This document shows, piece after piece, positions 27,818 through 38,949 of a stretch of DNA of 64,000 nucleotides. The stretch is from Auanema rhodensis (taxonomy: Eukaryota > Animalia > Nematoda). Below the pieces are notes generated by a model that ran no database searches, was not told where the DNA came from, and worked only from the letters and a program-made list of their open reading frames with translations. Made by a program: the position numbers and the translations under genes. How positions within the stretch are numbered: the stretch's first letter is position 1; each line of letters begins with the position of its first letter. Location of the stretch: assembly GCA_964057225.1 (NCBI GenBank), contig OZ059898.1, positions 10,230,001 to 10,294,000 of the forward strand. The letters run 5' to 3'.

Positions 27818-29069
27818 TTCGAAAATGTTAGATTGTTTCCGAAAAATTATGAAAAGTCAAGTTCTACTGATTTGAAGAAAATTGTAAGTTTTAGAAAATA
27901 ATTAAAAATAAGTTCTCTCTACTATTAACTGATTGTCGGCTAAAATATGGTAACAGTTTTTATAAAAAGTTTCCATGATTGAGATTAAACAAAAAAAAGA
28001 ATTAAAGAGAAACACTTCTTGTTTACTTACTTGATTATACTACTTGAAATTCGAAAAAAAGTAAAAAACAATTGAGAAAGCGACATAAACAGTTGAACGA
28101 TTTGAAGAGAATTGTAAGTTTAAGAAAAGATTTAAAGTTTAGCTTTGTCTACTATTAACTGATTATCGGCTAAAATAAGGTAACAGTTTTTATTGAAAGT
28201 TTCCATGATTAAGATTAAACAAAGAAAAAAATCAAAGAGAAACACTTCTTGTTTACTTACTTGATTATAATACTTGAAATTCCAAAAACAGTAAAATAAA
28301 ATTGAAAAAGCGACAAAAACAGTTGAACGATTTGAAGAGAATTGTAAGTTTAAGAAAATAATTAAAAATTAGTTCTCTCTACTATTAACTGATTGTCGGC
28401 TAAAATATGGTAACAGTTTTTATAAAAAGTTTCCATGATTAGGATTAAACAAAAAAAAGAATTAAAGTGAAACACTTTTTGTTTACTTATTTGATTATAA
28501 TACTTTAAATTCCAAAAACAGTAGAATAAAATTGAGAAATCGACAAAAACAGTTGAACGATTTGAAGAGAATTGTATGTTTTAGAAAAGAATTAAAGTTC
28601 AGCTATCTCTACTATTAACTGACTATCGGCTAGAATAAGGTAACAGTTTTTATTGAAAGTTTCCATGATTAAGATTGAACAAAAAAAAAATTAGAGAGAA
28701 ACACTTCTTGTTTACTTACTTGATTATACTACTTGAAATTCGAAAAAAAGTAAAAAACAATTGAGAAAGCGACATAAACAGTTGAACGATTTGAAGAGAA
28801 TTGTAAGTTTAAGAAAAGATTTAAAGTTTAGCTTTGTCTACTATTAACTGATTATCGGCTGAAATATGGTGACAGTTTTTTTTTAAAAGTTTCCATGATT
28901 AAGATTAAACAAAGAAAAAAAATCAAAGAGAAACACTTCTTGTTTACTAATTTGATTATAACACTTGAAATTCCAACAAAAGTAAAATAAAACTGTGAAA
29001 GCGGGTAAAACTGTTGAACTAAAACAGTCTTTATAAAATATAAATGATATTTTTTTATAAAAGTGAAGT

Positions 29070-29140
29070 TGCATCGGCCGGGAATCGAACCCGGGTCGCC
29101 CGCGTGGCAGGCGAGCATTCTACCACTGAACCACCGATGC
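29070..29140 (-). tRNA. tRNA-Gly(GCC)
   Basis: Matches array consensus. Confidence 0.95.
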
Positions 29141-29935
29141 TTCGAAAATGTTAGATTGTTTCCGAAAAATTATGAAAAGTCAAGTTCTACTGATTTGAAG
29201 AAAATTGTAAGTTTTAGAAAATAATTAAAAATAAGTTCTCTCTACTATTAACTGATTGTCGGCTAAAATATGGTAACAGTTTTTATAAAAAGTTTCCATG
29301 ATTGAGATTAAACAAAAAAAAGAATTAAAGAGAAACACTTCTTGTTTACTTACTTGATTATACTACTTGAAATTCGAAAAAAAGTAAAAAACAATTGAGA
29401 AAGCGACATAAACAGTTGAACGATTTGAAGAGAATTGTAAGTTTTAGAAAAGAATTAAAGTTCAGCTATCTCTACTATTAACTGATTATCGGCTGAAATA
29501 TGGTGACAGTTTTTTATTAAAAGTTTCCATGATTAAGATTAAACAAAGAAAAAAAAATCAAAGAGAAACACTTCTTGTTTACTTATTTGATTATAACACT
29601 TGAAATTCCAACAAAAGTAAAGTAAAACTGTTAAAGCGAGTAAAACTGTTTAACGATTTGAAGACAATTGTAAGTTGAAGAAAAAAATTAAAGTTTAGCT
29701 CTCTCTACTATTAACTGAATGTCGGCTGAAATAAGGTAACAATTTTTATTAAAAGTTTCCATGATTTAGATTAGACAAAGAAAAAAAATCAAAGAGAAAC
29801 ACTTCTTGTTTACTAATTTGATTATAACACTTGAAAATCCAACAAAAGTAAAATAAAACTGTGAAAGCGGGTAAAACTGTTGAACTAAAACAGTCTTTAT
29901 AAAATATAAATGATATATTTTTATAAAAGTGAAGT

Positions 29936-30006
29936 TGCATCGGCCGGGAATCGAACCCGGGTCGCCCGCGTGGCAGGCGAGCATTCTACCACTGAACCAC
30001 CGATGC
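29936..30006 (-). tRNA. tRNA-Gly(GCC)
   Basis: Matches array consensus. Confidence 0.95.
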
Positions 30007-31030
30007 TTCGAAAATGTTAGATTGTTTCCGAAAAATTATGAAAAGTCAAGTTCTACTGATTTGAAGAGAATTGTAAGTTTTAGAAAAGAATTAAAGTTCA
30101 GCTATCTCTACTATTAACTGACTATCGGCTAAAATATGGTAACAGTTTTTATAAAAAGTTTCCATGATTAGGATTAAACAAAAAAAAGAATTAAAGTGAA
30201 ACACTTTTTGTTTACTTATTTGATTATAATACTTTAAATTCCAAAAACAGTAGAATAAAATTGAGAAATCGACAAAAACAGTTGAACGATTTGAAGAGAA
30301 TTGTATGTTTTAGAAAAGAATTAAAGTTCAGCTATCTCTACTATTAACTGACTATCGGCTAGAATAAGGTAACAGTTTTTATTGAAAGTTTCCATGATTA
30401 AGATTGAACAAAAAAAAAATTAGAGAGAAACACTTCTTGTTTACTTACTTGATTATACTACTTGAAATTCGAAAAAAAGTAAAAAACAATTGAGAAAGCG
30501 ACATAAACAGTTGAACGATTTGAAGAGAATTGTAAGTTTAAGAAAAGATTTAAAGTTTAGCTTTGTCTACTATTAACTGATTATCGGCTGAAATATGGTG
30601 ACAGTTTTTTTTTAAAAGTTTCCATGATTAAGACTAATCAAAGAAAAAAAAATCAAAGAGAAACACTTCTTGTTTACTAATTTGATTATAACACTTGAAA
30701 TTCCAACAAAAGTAAAGTGAAACTGTTAAAGCGAGTAAAATTTTTGAACAATTTGAAGACAATTGTAAGTTGAAGAATAAAATTAAAGTTTAGCTCTCTC
30801 TACTATTAACTGAATGTCGGCTAAAATATGGTAACAGTTTTTATTAAAAGTTTCCATGATTATGATTAAACAAAGAAAAAAAATCAAAGAGAAACACTTC
30901 TTGTTTACTAATTTGATTATAACACTTGAAATTCCAACAAAAGTAAAATAAAACTGTGAAAGCGGGTAAAACTGTTGAACTAAAACAGTCTTTATAAAAT
31001 ATAAATGATATTTTTTTATAAAAGTGAAGT

Positions 31031-31101
31031 TGCATCGGCCGGGAATCGAACCCGGGTCGCCCGCGTGGCAGGCGAGCATTCTACCACTGAACCACCGATG
31101 C
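31031..31101 (-). tRNA. tRNA-Gly(GCC)
   Basis: Matches array consensus. Confidence 0.95.
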
Positions 31102-31896
31102 TTCGAAAATGTTAGATTGTTTCCGAAAAATTATGAAAAGTCAAGTTCTACTGATTTGAAGAAAATTGTAAGTTTTAGAAAATAATTAAAAATAAGTTCT
31201 CTCTACTATTAACTGATTGTCGGCTAAAATATGGTAACAGTTTTTATAAAAAGTTTCCATGATTGAGATTAAACAAAAAAAAGAATTAAAGAGAAACACT
31301 TCTTGTTTACTTACTTGATTATACTACTTGAAATTCGAAAAAAAGTAAAAAACAATTGAGAAAGCGACATAAACAGTTGAACGATTTGAAGAGAATTGTA
31401 AGTTTTAGAAAAGAATTAAAGTTCAGCTATCTCTACTATTAACTGATTATCGGCTGAAATATGGTGACAGTTTTTTATTAAAAGTTTCCATGATTAAGAT
31501 TAAACAAAGAAAAAAAAATCAAAGAGAAACACTTCTTGTTTACTTATTTGATTATAACACTTGAAATTCCAACAAAAGTAAAGTAAAACTGTTAAAGCGA
31601 GTAAAACTGTTTAACGATTTGAAGACAATTGTAAGTTGAAGAAAAAAATTAAAGTTTAGCTCTCTCTACTATTAACTGAATGTCGGCTGAAATAAGGTAA
31701 CAATTTTTATTAAAAGTTTCCATGATTTAGATTAGACAAAGAAAAAAAATCAAAGAGAAACACTTCTTGTTTACTAATTTGATTATAACACTTGAAAATC
31801 CAACAAAAGTAAAATAAAACTGTGAAAGCGGGTAAAACTGTTGAACTAAAACAGTCTTTATAAAATATAAATGATATATTTTTATAAAAGTGAAGT

Positions 31897-31967
31897 TGCA
31901 TCGGCCGGGAATCGAACCCGGGTCGCCCGCGTGGCAGGCGAGCATTCTACCACTGAACCACCGATGC
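31897..31967 (-). tRNA. tRNA-Gly(GCC)
   Basis: Matches array consensus. Confidence 0.95.
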
Positions 31968-32761
31968 TTCGAAAATGTTAGATTGTTTCCGAAAAATTAT
32001 GAAAAGTCAAGTTCTACTGATTTGAAGAGAATTGTAAGTTTTAGAAAAGAATTAAAGTTCAGCTATCTCTACTATTAACTGACTATCGGCTAGAATAAGG
32101 TAACAGTTTTTATTGAAAGTTTCCATGATTAAGATTGAACAAAAAAAAAATTAGAGAGAAACACTTCTTGTTTACTTACTTGATTATAATACTTGAAATT
32201 CCAAAAACAGTAAAATAAAATTGAGAAAGCGACAAAAACAGTTGAACGATTTGAAGACAATTGTAAGTTTAAGAAAAGAATTAAAGTTTAGCTTTGTCTA
32301 CTATTAACTGATTAACGGCTGAAATATGGTGACAGTTTTTTTTTAAAAGTTTCCAGGATTAAGATTAAACAAAGAAAAAAAAATCAAAGAGAAACACTTC
32401 TTGTTTACTAATTTGATTATAACACTTGAAATTCCAACAAAAGTAAAGTAAAACTGTTAAAGCGAGTAAAACTGTTGAACAATTTGAAGACAATTGTAAG
32501 TTGAAAAAAAAAATTAAAGTTTAGTTCTCTCTACTATTAACTGAATGTCGGCTAAAATATGATAACAGTTTTTATTAAAAGTTTCCATGATTAGGATTAA
32601 ACAAAGAAAAAAAATCAAAGAGAAACACTTCTTGTTTACTAATTTGATTATTACACTTGAAATTCCAACAAAAGTAAAATAAAACTGTGAAAGCGGGTAA
32701 AACTGTTGAACTAAAACAGTCTTTATAAAATATAAATGATATTTTTTTATAAAAGTGAAGT

Positions 32762-32832
32762 TGCATCGGCCGGGAATCGAACCCGGGTCGCCCGCGTGGC
32801 AGGCGAGCATTCTACCACTGAACCACCGATGC
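32762..32832 (-). tRNA. tRNA-Gly(GCC)
   Basis: Matches array consensus. Confidence 0.95.
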
Positions 32833-34040
32833 TTCGAAAATGTTAGATTGTTTCCGAAAAATTATGAAAAGTCAAGTTCTACTGATTTGAAGAGAATTGT
32901 AAGTTTTAGAAAATAATTAAAAATAAGTTCTCTCTACTATTAACTGATTGTCGGCTAAAATATGGTAACAGTTTTTATAAAAAGTTTCCATGATTAGGAT
33001 TAAACAAAAAAAAGAATTAAAAAGAAACACTTCTTGTTTACTTACTTGATTATACTACTTGAAATTCGAAAAAAAGTAAAAAACAATTGAGAAAGCGACA
33101 TAAACAGTTGAACGATTTGAAGAGAATTGTAAGTTTAAGAAAAGAATTAAAGTTTAGCTTTGTCTACTATTAACTGATTATCGGCTGAAATATGGTGACA
33201 GTTTTTTATTAAAAGTTTCCATGATTAAGATTAAACAAAGAAAAAAAAATCAAAGAGAGACACTTCTTGTTTACTTATTTGATTATAATACTTGAAATTC
33301 CAAAAACAGTAGAATAAAATAGAGAAAGCGACGAAAAAAGTTGAACGATTTGAAGAGAATTGTAAGTTTTAGAAAAGAATTAAAGTTCAGCTATCTCTAC
33401 TATTAACTGATTATCGGCTAAAATAAGATAACAGTTTTTATTAAAAGTTTTCATGATTAGGATTAAACAAAAAAAAGAATCAAAAAGAAACACTTCTTGT
33501 TTACTTATTTGATTATAATACTTGAAATTCCAAAAACAGTAGAATAAAATAGAGAAAGCGACGAGAAAAGTTGAACGATTTGAAGAGAATTGTAAGTTTT
33601 AGAAAAGAATTAAAGTTCAGCTATCTCTACTATTAACTGATTATCGGCTAAAATAAGGTAACAGTTTTTATTAAAACGAGTAAAACTGTTGAACGATTTG
33701 AAGACAATCGGCTAAAATAAGGTAACAGTTTTTATTAAAGCGAGTAAAACTGTTGAACGATTTGAAGACAATTGTAAGTTGAAGAAAAAAATTAAAGTTT
33801 AGCTCTCTCTACTATTTAATGATTGTCGGCTAAAATATGGTAACAGTTTTTATTAAAAGTTTCCATGATTAAGATTAAACAAAGAAAAAAAAATCAAAGA
33901 GAAACACTTCTTGTTTACTAATTTGATTATAACACTTGAAAATCCAACAAAAGTAAAATAAAACTGTAAAAGCGAGTAAAACTGTTGAAATAAAACAGTT
34001 TTTATTAAATATAAATGATATTTTTTTATAAAAATGAAGT

Positions 34041-34111
34041 TGCATCGGCCGGGAATCGAACCCGGGTCGCCCGCGTGGCAGGCGAGCATTCTACCACTGA
34101 ACCACCGATGC
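34041..34111 (-). tRNA. tRNA-Gly(GCC), adjacent to the retrotransposon 5' LTR
   Basis: Matches array consensus; 57 bp separate its 5' end from the LTR. Confidence 0.95.
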
Positions 34112-34168
34112 TTCGAAAATGTTAGATTGTTTCCGAAAAATTATGAAAAGTCAAGTTCTACTGATTTG

Positions 34169-34232
34169 TGTCGCGATAAGCGAGTGAGTTTGTATAATTT
34201 TTTTATCTTCAACAATTGTTTTATTCGTTTCT

Positions 34233-34289
<57 letters not shown>

Positions 34290-34539
34290 TTCTTCTTTCT
34301 TCTAACTTCCTAAGTAATTTTTATCCGTACCACATGTTGTGTTATACATGTGGCATGACTAACTCTTTGTTTCAGGCTGACGACCGCCCACGAGAAGAGA
34401 TCAGTCTTACATTTTCAACGTTCGCAGTCAGTGATTTTATTCCGTGCTTGTCTTGTTAATTCATCAATAAACCCTTTTCTACATATTCAATTTGTGTTTT
34501 ACTTCCAACCATACTATACACTTGTGGTATATCGCCACA
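34169..34539 (+). repeat. 5' LTR (371 bp)
   Basis: Starts TGTCGCGATA and ends TATCGCCACA (9/10 terminal inverted repeat). Direct repeat of 43580-43942. Contains (CT)25 and AATAAA at 34466-34471. Confidence 0.96.
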
Positions 34540-34542
34540 AAT

Positions 34543-34591
34543 TGGTGCACCGGCCGGGAATCGAACCCGGGTCGCCCGCGTGGCAGGTGAG
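34543..34591 (+). promoter_or_regulatory. Extended primer-binding site complementary to the 3' part of mature tRNA-Gly(GCC), including CCA
   Basis: Begins 3 nt after the 5' LTR: TGG + TGCAcCGGCCGGGAATCGAACCCGGGTCGCCCGCGTGGCAGGtGAG; 47/49 match to the reverse complement of the array tRNA + CCA. Confidence 0.93.
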
Positions 34592-34821
34592 ATACAACTC
34601 GAACCAAGCGTGTTTGAGCAAAAAACATACTTAATAAAAATCGTCGCGATCATAAGTCCACGTCAAGTCACACCAAACAGACTTGAACAATAAGCAAACT
34701 CTGAAATTAGAAACAGAGGTTTCAATTCCCTTACGTTCACATATACTGTGATCACCAAACAAACAAAGAAAAAAGAAAACAAAAAAGGAATATAAGCATT
34801 ATTCCTACATCTACAACAAAA

Positions 34822-37800
34822 ATGTCACTCCTTTTTGTCAATCATATCAAACAATCTAACCAGTTTCTTGGAGAACTGCTTACACGATACGAGATGGAAG
34901 TGAAGGACCTTCCTGGTATTCTGGTAGATTGCGACTTCCACACTGAGGAAGAAGAGGAAACCCTCTCTTGCCTTATCATTCGCTGGACAAAAGTCCAACA
35001 CCAATTCAAAGAATCGTTGAAAAATCATCAAGATAACGAGAAAAAATTCCAAACATTTTACGAAGCATTAGACAAAACGCTTCGTAAAGCATTAGACGAA
35101 CAGTACATCGCCTTCACATCCGATGAAGACTTTGAACCCAACATTAAAAAGGTTCAAAACGCCATTATTGAGCTTGACGAACACATCATGAAAGCCGAAC
35201 GCATACTTAGAAAGCTGAGAAAAACGCTTCATAAGAATGAATCTGAGCACAACAGCAATTGCTCAACAGAAAACAATGAAACAGAAAACAAATCGAATGA
35301 TCAATTTCTGGAAATTATCAAGTCATTCCTACACATCCAACAAACTAGCATCCAAAAACCAGCGATGTCGCTACCTACATTTGATGGCAAACCAGAGAAC
35401 TTCAAATCATTCTGGGGCCGTTTTGATAGACTTGTTCATGATAATGAACAGTTTACAACCTTAGAAAAGGTAAACCTACTCTGTGAAAGCCTCAAAGGCG
35501 ATTCACAAATAGCAATCAGAGGAATAGAACCCTCTGCTCAAAATTATGAGCTCATGCGTGAAGCATTAGTTTCTGAATTTGGAGACTATTCGTCGGATAT
35601 CAACTCTCTTTTAACACAACTACGTAATTTGAGATTTGCAAGCAATAATGCAAAATCATGTAAAGAAACATTTGGGGAAACCAAGGCACTTATCAGGCAA
35701 ATTGAAGCAGCCGGAGCTACAGTATCCCGCGAAATGTGTACCGCGATGATTCTCAACAAATTCCCATACCACATCGTGGAAGACATTCTAATTTATCCAA
35801 ACAACTACCATTCCACTAAAGAAATGCTGACAGCTGTAGACCACAAAATCTATTCCTTTTTTCTAAAAGAACAAACAAGAAATAGTCATGAACAAAAGTT
35901 TCGAAATCCCAAAGAGAATGTCACATCTGTAGCACATAAAGAAAACTCCGTAGAACAACGGAAAACCCAAACTTGGCCATGTGTTTTCTGCGACTCATCC
36001 GAACATCGCTTTTATCATTGCACCACATTTGAAACACCAGAGAAAAGAAGACACCGCATCCGCGGAAAGGCCATCTGTTGGATTTGTTTTTCCGAGAAAC
36101 ACAAAAGTTCCGAATGCAGAAAACAAAAATGTCGAAATTGCCAAGGAGACCATAATTCCTCCTTGTGCTCACAAGGAAGAAACAACGTGCAAAATATCCA
36201 AAAAGATAAAGAAACTTCTACAATTAAAAAAGATCAGGCTTTACTGATCACCACAGAAGAATCATTGAATAAAAAAACAACAGATTATAAACCAGAATCT
36301 GACACTAATCAAATTCCTACTGAGGCACTCAATGCACCAGTATCACTTAATCACATTGCCGACACCCATAATATTGAAGAAAGTCAAGTAATATTACGCA
36401 CAGCAATGGCAAACATATACAATCACAATAGTAAAAAATATGAGCAAGTACGCATGCTCATAGACGAAGGATCTATGAGATCGTTTATATCTAAGGACTT
36501 ATCCACTATGTTAGGATTGCCCATCCTTGGTTCTCAAAAGAAAACCTTTTACGGTATCGGAGCATTGTCCGAAACGCACGAAGTTCAGGACGTAAAGGTA
36601 ATTATTGGAACCTCAAGTGGATCCCTTATCGTAACAAAACTATTCACCAAACCCATGTTAACCACACCCATACGTTGTCCAAAACTATCTAAAGAAGACT
36701 TGAAATTTATAAAGACAAGAAAAATAAAATTAGCCAATCCACAAACAAACGGAGAATTATTTACTCCGGATATACTGATAGGTATGGATAGATACAAACT
36801 GTTCATGCATTTAAACGAAGAAACCGAACTCCCCTCACGTATGAGATTGAAAAATTCGGTATTCGGCCACATGATACATGGAGAAGCTCCTCTTCCCGAT
36901 AATACACAACAAGAAGTAATATTATGCTCTACAGTAGAAGAAATAACAAAAGAAACCTCTCATAAAGAACTCCTCACTAATCTGTTTGAACTGGATTCTA
37001 TCGGCATCAATACAGAAAATGCCAACGCAGACCGCACTATTGATTACTATGAAGAATACTCAAAAGATATAAAAATTGAGAACAACCGCATTATTGCACC
37101 GTTCCCGTTAAAAAATAACTTCAAAAATCTTAAAAACAACAAAATGCCCGCGTACCATAGATTCGTATCCCTATGGCGAAAGTTACTGCACAATCCAGAA
37201 ATGCTCTCACACTATACTACAACCATTGAAAGTTACCTCAAAGATAACATTGTCGAACAAATTCCCAACAATCACCAGGAGCCTTTAGAGTTTTATATGC
37301 CCCACCATGGGGTTTGGAAGCCCAGCAAGGCTAACCCTCTCAGAATCGTTTTTGACGCCTCCGCTAAACAGAAAGACAGCCCATCGTTGAATGAGATAAT
37401 ACACACAGGACGATCATTTATCACATATATACACGACATCATGATCTCCTGCAGAACAAGACCAATATTAATAACATGCGATATCAAAGCCGCATTTTTA
37501 CAAATACAACTGACAGAGAATCACAAAAATCTATGCAAATTCTTTTGGATAAAAAACAAAGAATACCCAATATCTCACAACAATATCATAACCCTTCGAT
37601 TCAACAGATTACCGTTCGGTATCACTGCATCCCCCAGCGTATTGAACATGGGCATAAAATGGTTCTTAGAATCAAAAGTAGACAACCCATTAGCTATGGA
37701 AATACTGAACAACTTATACGTTGACAATATCATTCTTACAGCAAATACAACAGCAGAAGCTATAACGAAATGTAAAGAAACCCAAAAACTATTCACAGAA

Positions 37801-38949
37801 ATAAACATGCATGTTCGCGAATTCTTGTCAAACGATGAACAAGTAATACAGAACCTTCCTGAAGAAGACAGATATCCGAACATGACAACCAAAATACTTG
37901 GCATATCTTTTAATAAAGAACATGACTCTTTCATTATCCCAATAAAAATAACAACGACTCACACAAGTTACACCAAGAGAATTCTACTCAGTCAGCTACA
38001 CTCAATATTTGATCCCATTGGATTAGCAGCACCATTACTGTTACCTCTCAAACTTATCTTGCGAGAAATCATAAACACAAAATTATCATGGGACCAACCC
38101 ATTGAATCAGATAATATCAAACAATGGGAACAACATATTAATCACATTAACAATCAGCAATTGACCATGAAAAGATATTTTAAATTCTCTGAACATAAAA
38201 CACAGTTATGGGTCTTTGCTGACGCAAGCAACCAAGCCATGGCCGCATGTTCATATTTCCAAACAAACGAGCAGATTAGTTCTCTGCTGAACGGTAAATC
38301 CCGCATAGCACCCAAAAATAAGACCACAATTCCTCGATTAGAATTATTAGCCATCCGCTTAGCAGTACGAATGGCATTAGCTATTGTAACCATATGCCCG
38401 AAAGTGGCAAAAGTCAACATTGTAAGCGATAGCAACATCGCGCTATCATGGATTATTTCTCTAAAATCCCTCCCATTGTTCATTAAAAATCAAACCAACA
38501 TTATAAATAAACAGCTACACCAAATCAAACAAGTATGTTGCAATGTAGAATTACATCATGTACACACCTCGTACAATACTGCAGACATCGGATCCCGAGG
38601 TGCAGACATCGAGAAACTACAAGATTCCGACTGGATAAAGGGTCCACATTGGTTAACTAAACTTTCTGCTCATAACCCTCTGACATCATTCGGCTCGCCT
38701 AAGCACTCTAACAGGAATAACGCAGAATCAGAATCGGAGCATCACAATGTGGTCCACATAATTATAGACAATCTTCCAGCCGATGATATTTGGAACATTC
38801 ATGAAAACTATGATGATGTGATCAAAACAATGACAACCGTAGGAAAATTATTCAAAAAATGGTTTCTTAAAGTCCATCCTAACAACGCCAACAAGTTGCA
38901 AACAATAAAACATCTCACGTCAACAGACACGAATAAGACATCAACATAA
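34822..38949 (+). CDS. gag-pol: BEL/Pao Gag-protease-RT-RNase H polyprotein (N-terminal part; truncated by a frameshift near 38937)
   Basis: DUF1759-like LPTFDGKPENFKSFWGRF; three knuckles CVFC..H..C, CWIC..H..C, CRNC..H..C; protease LIDEGS...DILIG; RT motifs YMPHH, LRIVFDAS, DIKAAFLQI, RLPFG, LYVDN; RNase H motifs FADAS, TIPRLEL, SDS, NTADIGSRG. Confidence 0.95.
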   Translation: MSLLFVNHIKQSNQFLGELLTRYEMEVKDLPGILVDCDFHTEEEEETLSCLIIRWTKVQHQFKESLKNHQDNEKKFQTFYEALDKTLRKALDEQYIAFTSDEDFEPNIKKVQNAIIELDEHIMKAERILRKLRKTLHKNESEHNSNCSTENNETENKSNDQFLEIIKSFLHIQQTSIQKPAMSLPTFDGKPENFKSFWGRFDRLVHDNEQFTTLEKVNLLCESLKGDSQIAIRGIEPSAQNYELMREALVSEFGDYSSDINSLLTQLRNLRFASNNAKSCKETFGETKALIRQIEAAGATVSREMCTAMILNKFPYHIVEDILIYPNNYHSTKEMLTAVDHKIYSFFLKEQTRNSHEQKFRNPKENVTSVAHKENSVEQRKTQTWPCVFCDSSEHRFYHCTTFETPEKRRHRIRGKAICWICFSEKHKSSECRKQKCRNCQGDHNSSLCSQGRNNVQNIQKDKETSTIKKDQALLITTEESLNKKTTDYKPESDTNQIPTEALNAPVSLNHIADTHNIEESQVILRTAMANIYNHNSKKYEQVRMLIDEGSMRSFISKDLSTMLGLPILGSQKKTFYGIGALSETHEVQDVKVIIGTSSGSLIVTKLFTKPMLTTPIRCPKLSKEDLKFIKTRKIKLANPQTNGELFTPDILIGMDRYKLFMHLNEETELPSRMRLKNSVFGHMIHGEAPLPDNTQQEVILCSTVEEITKETSHKELLTNLFELDSIGINTENANADRTIDYYEEYSKDIKIENNRIIAPFPLKNNFKNLKNNKMPAYHRFVSLWRKLLHNPEMLSHYTTTIESYLKDNIVEQIPNNHQEPLEFYMPHHGVWKPSKANPLRIVFDASAKQKDSPSLNEIIHTGRSFITYIHDIMISCRTRPILITCDIKAAFLQIQLTENHKNLCKFFWIKNKEYPISHNNIITLRFNRLPFGITASPSVLNMGIKWFLESKVDNPLAMEILNNLYVDNIILTANTTAEAITKCKETQKLFTEINMHVREFLSNDEQVIQNLPEEDRYPNMTTKILGISFNKEHDSFIIPIKITTTHTSYTKRILLSQLHSIFDPIGLAAPLLLPLKLILREIINTKLSWDQPIESDNIKQWEQHINHINNQQLTMKRYFKFSEHKTQLWVFADASNQAMAACSYFQTNEQISSLLNGKSRIAPKNKTTIPRLELLAIRLAVRMALAIVTICPKVAKVNIVSDSNIALSWIISLKSLPLFIKNQTNIINKQLHQIKQVCCNVELHHVHTSYNTADIGSRGADIEKLQDSDWIKGPHWLTKLSAHNPLTSFGSPKHSNRNNAESESEHHNVVHIIIDNLPADDIWNIHENYDDVIKTMTTVGKLFKKWFLKVHPNNANKLQTIKHLTSTDTNKTST

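Larger units (their letters stand above)
1..34168. repeat. Left arm of tRNA-Gly/231-bp satellite composite tandem array (35 tRNA cassettes; continues beyond window start)
   Basis: Recurrent monomer GATTTGAAGAGAATTGTAAG...CTACTATTAACTGA...GTTTCCATGATT...GAAACACTTCTTGTTTAC...GTTGAAC. tRNA-to-tRNA spacings of ~633, 864, 1095, 1326, 1555 fit 172 + n x ~231. Confidence 0.97.

Noticed and set aside
34543-34591. A 59th tRNA gene inside the element
   Set aside because: It lacks the 5' acceptor strand, D arm and A box; treated as an extended PBS.
34643-34650. GTCGCGAT echo of the LTR start in the leader
   Set aside because: An 8-nt match is too short to support a function.
34034-34653. ORFs 34034-34459, 34431-34634 and 34456-34653
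   Set aside because: Chance read-through across antisense tRNA, LTR (CT)n and PBS.
36460-36477. Protease active site D-E-G instead of D-S/T-G as an inactivating change
   Set aside because: To my recollection DxG variants, including DEGS, occur in BEL/Pao proteases, so I cannot call it defective.
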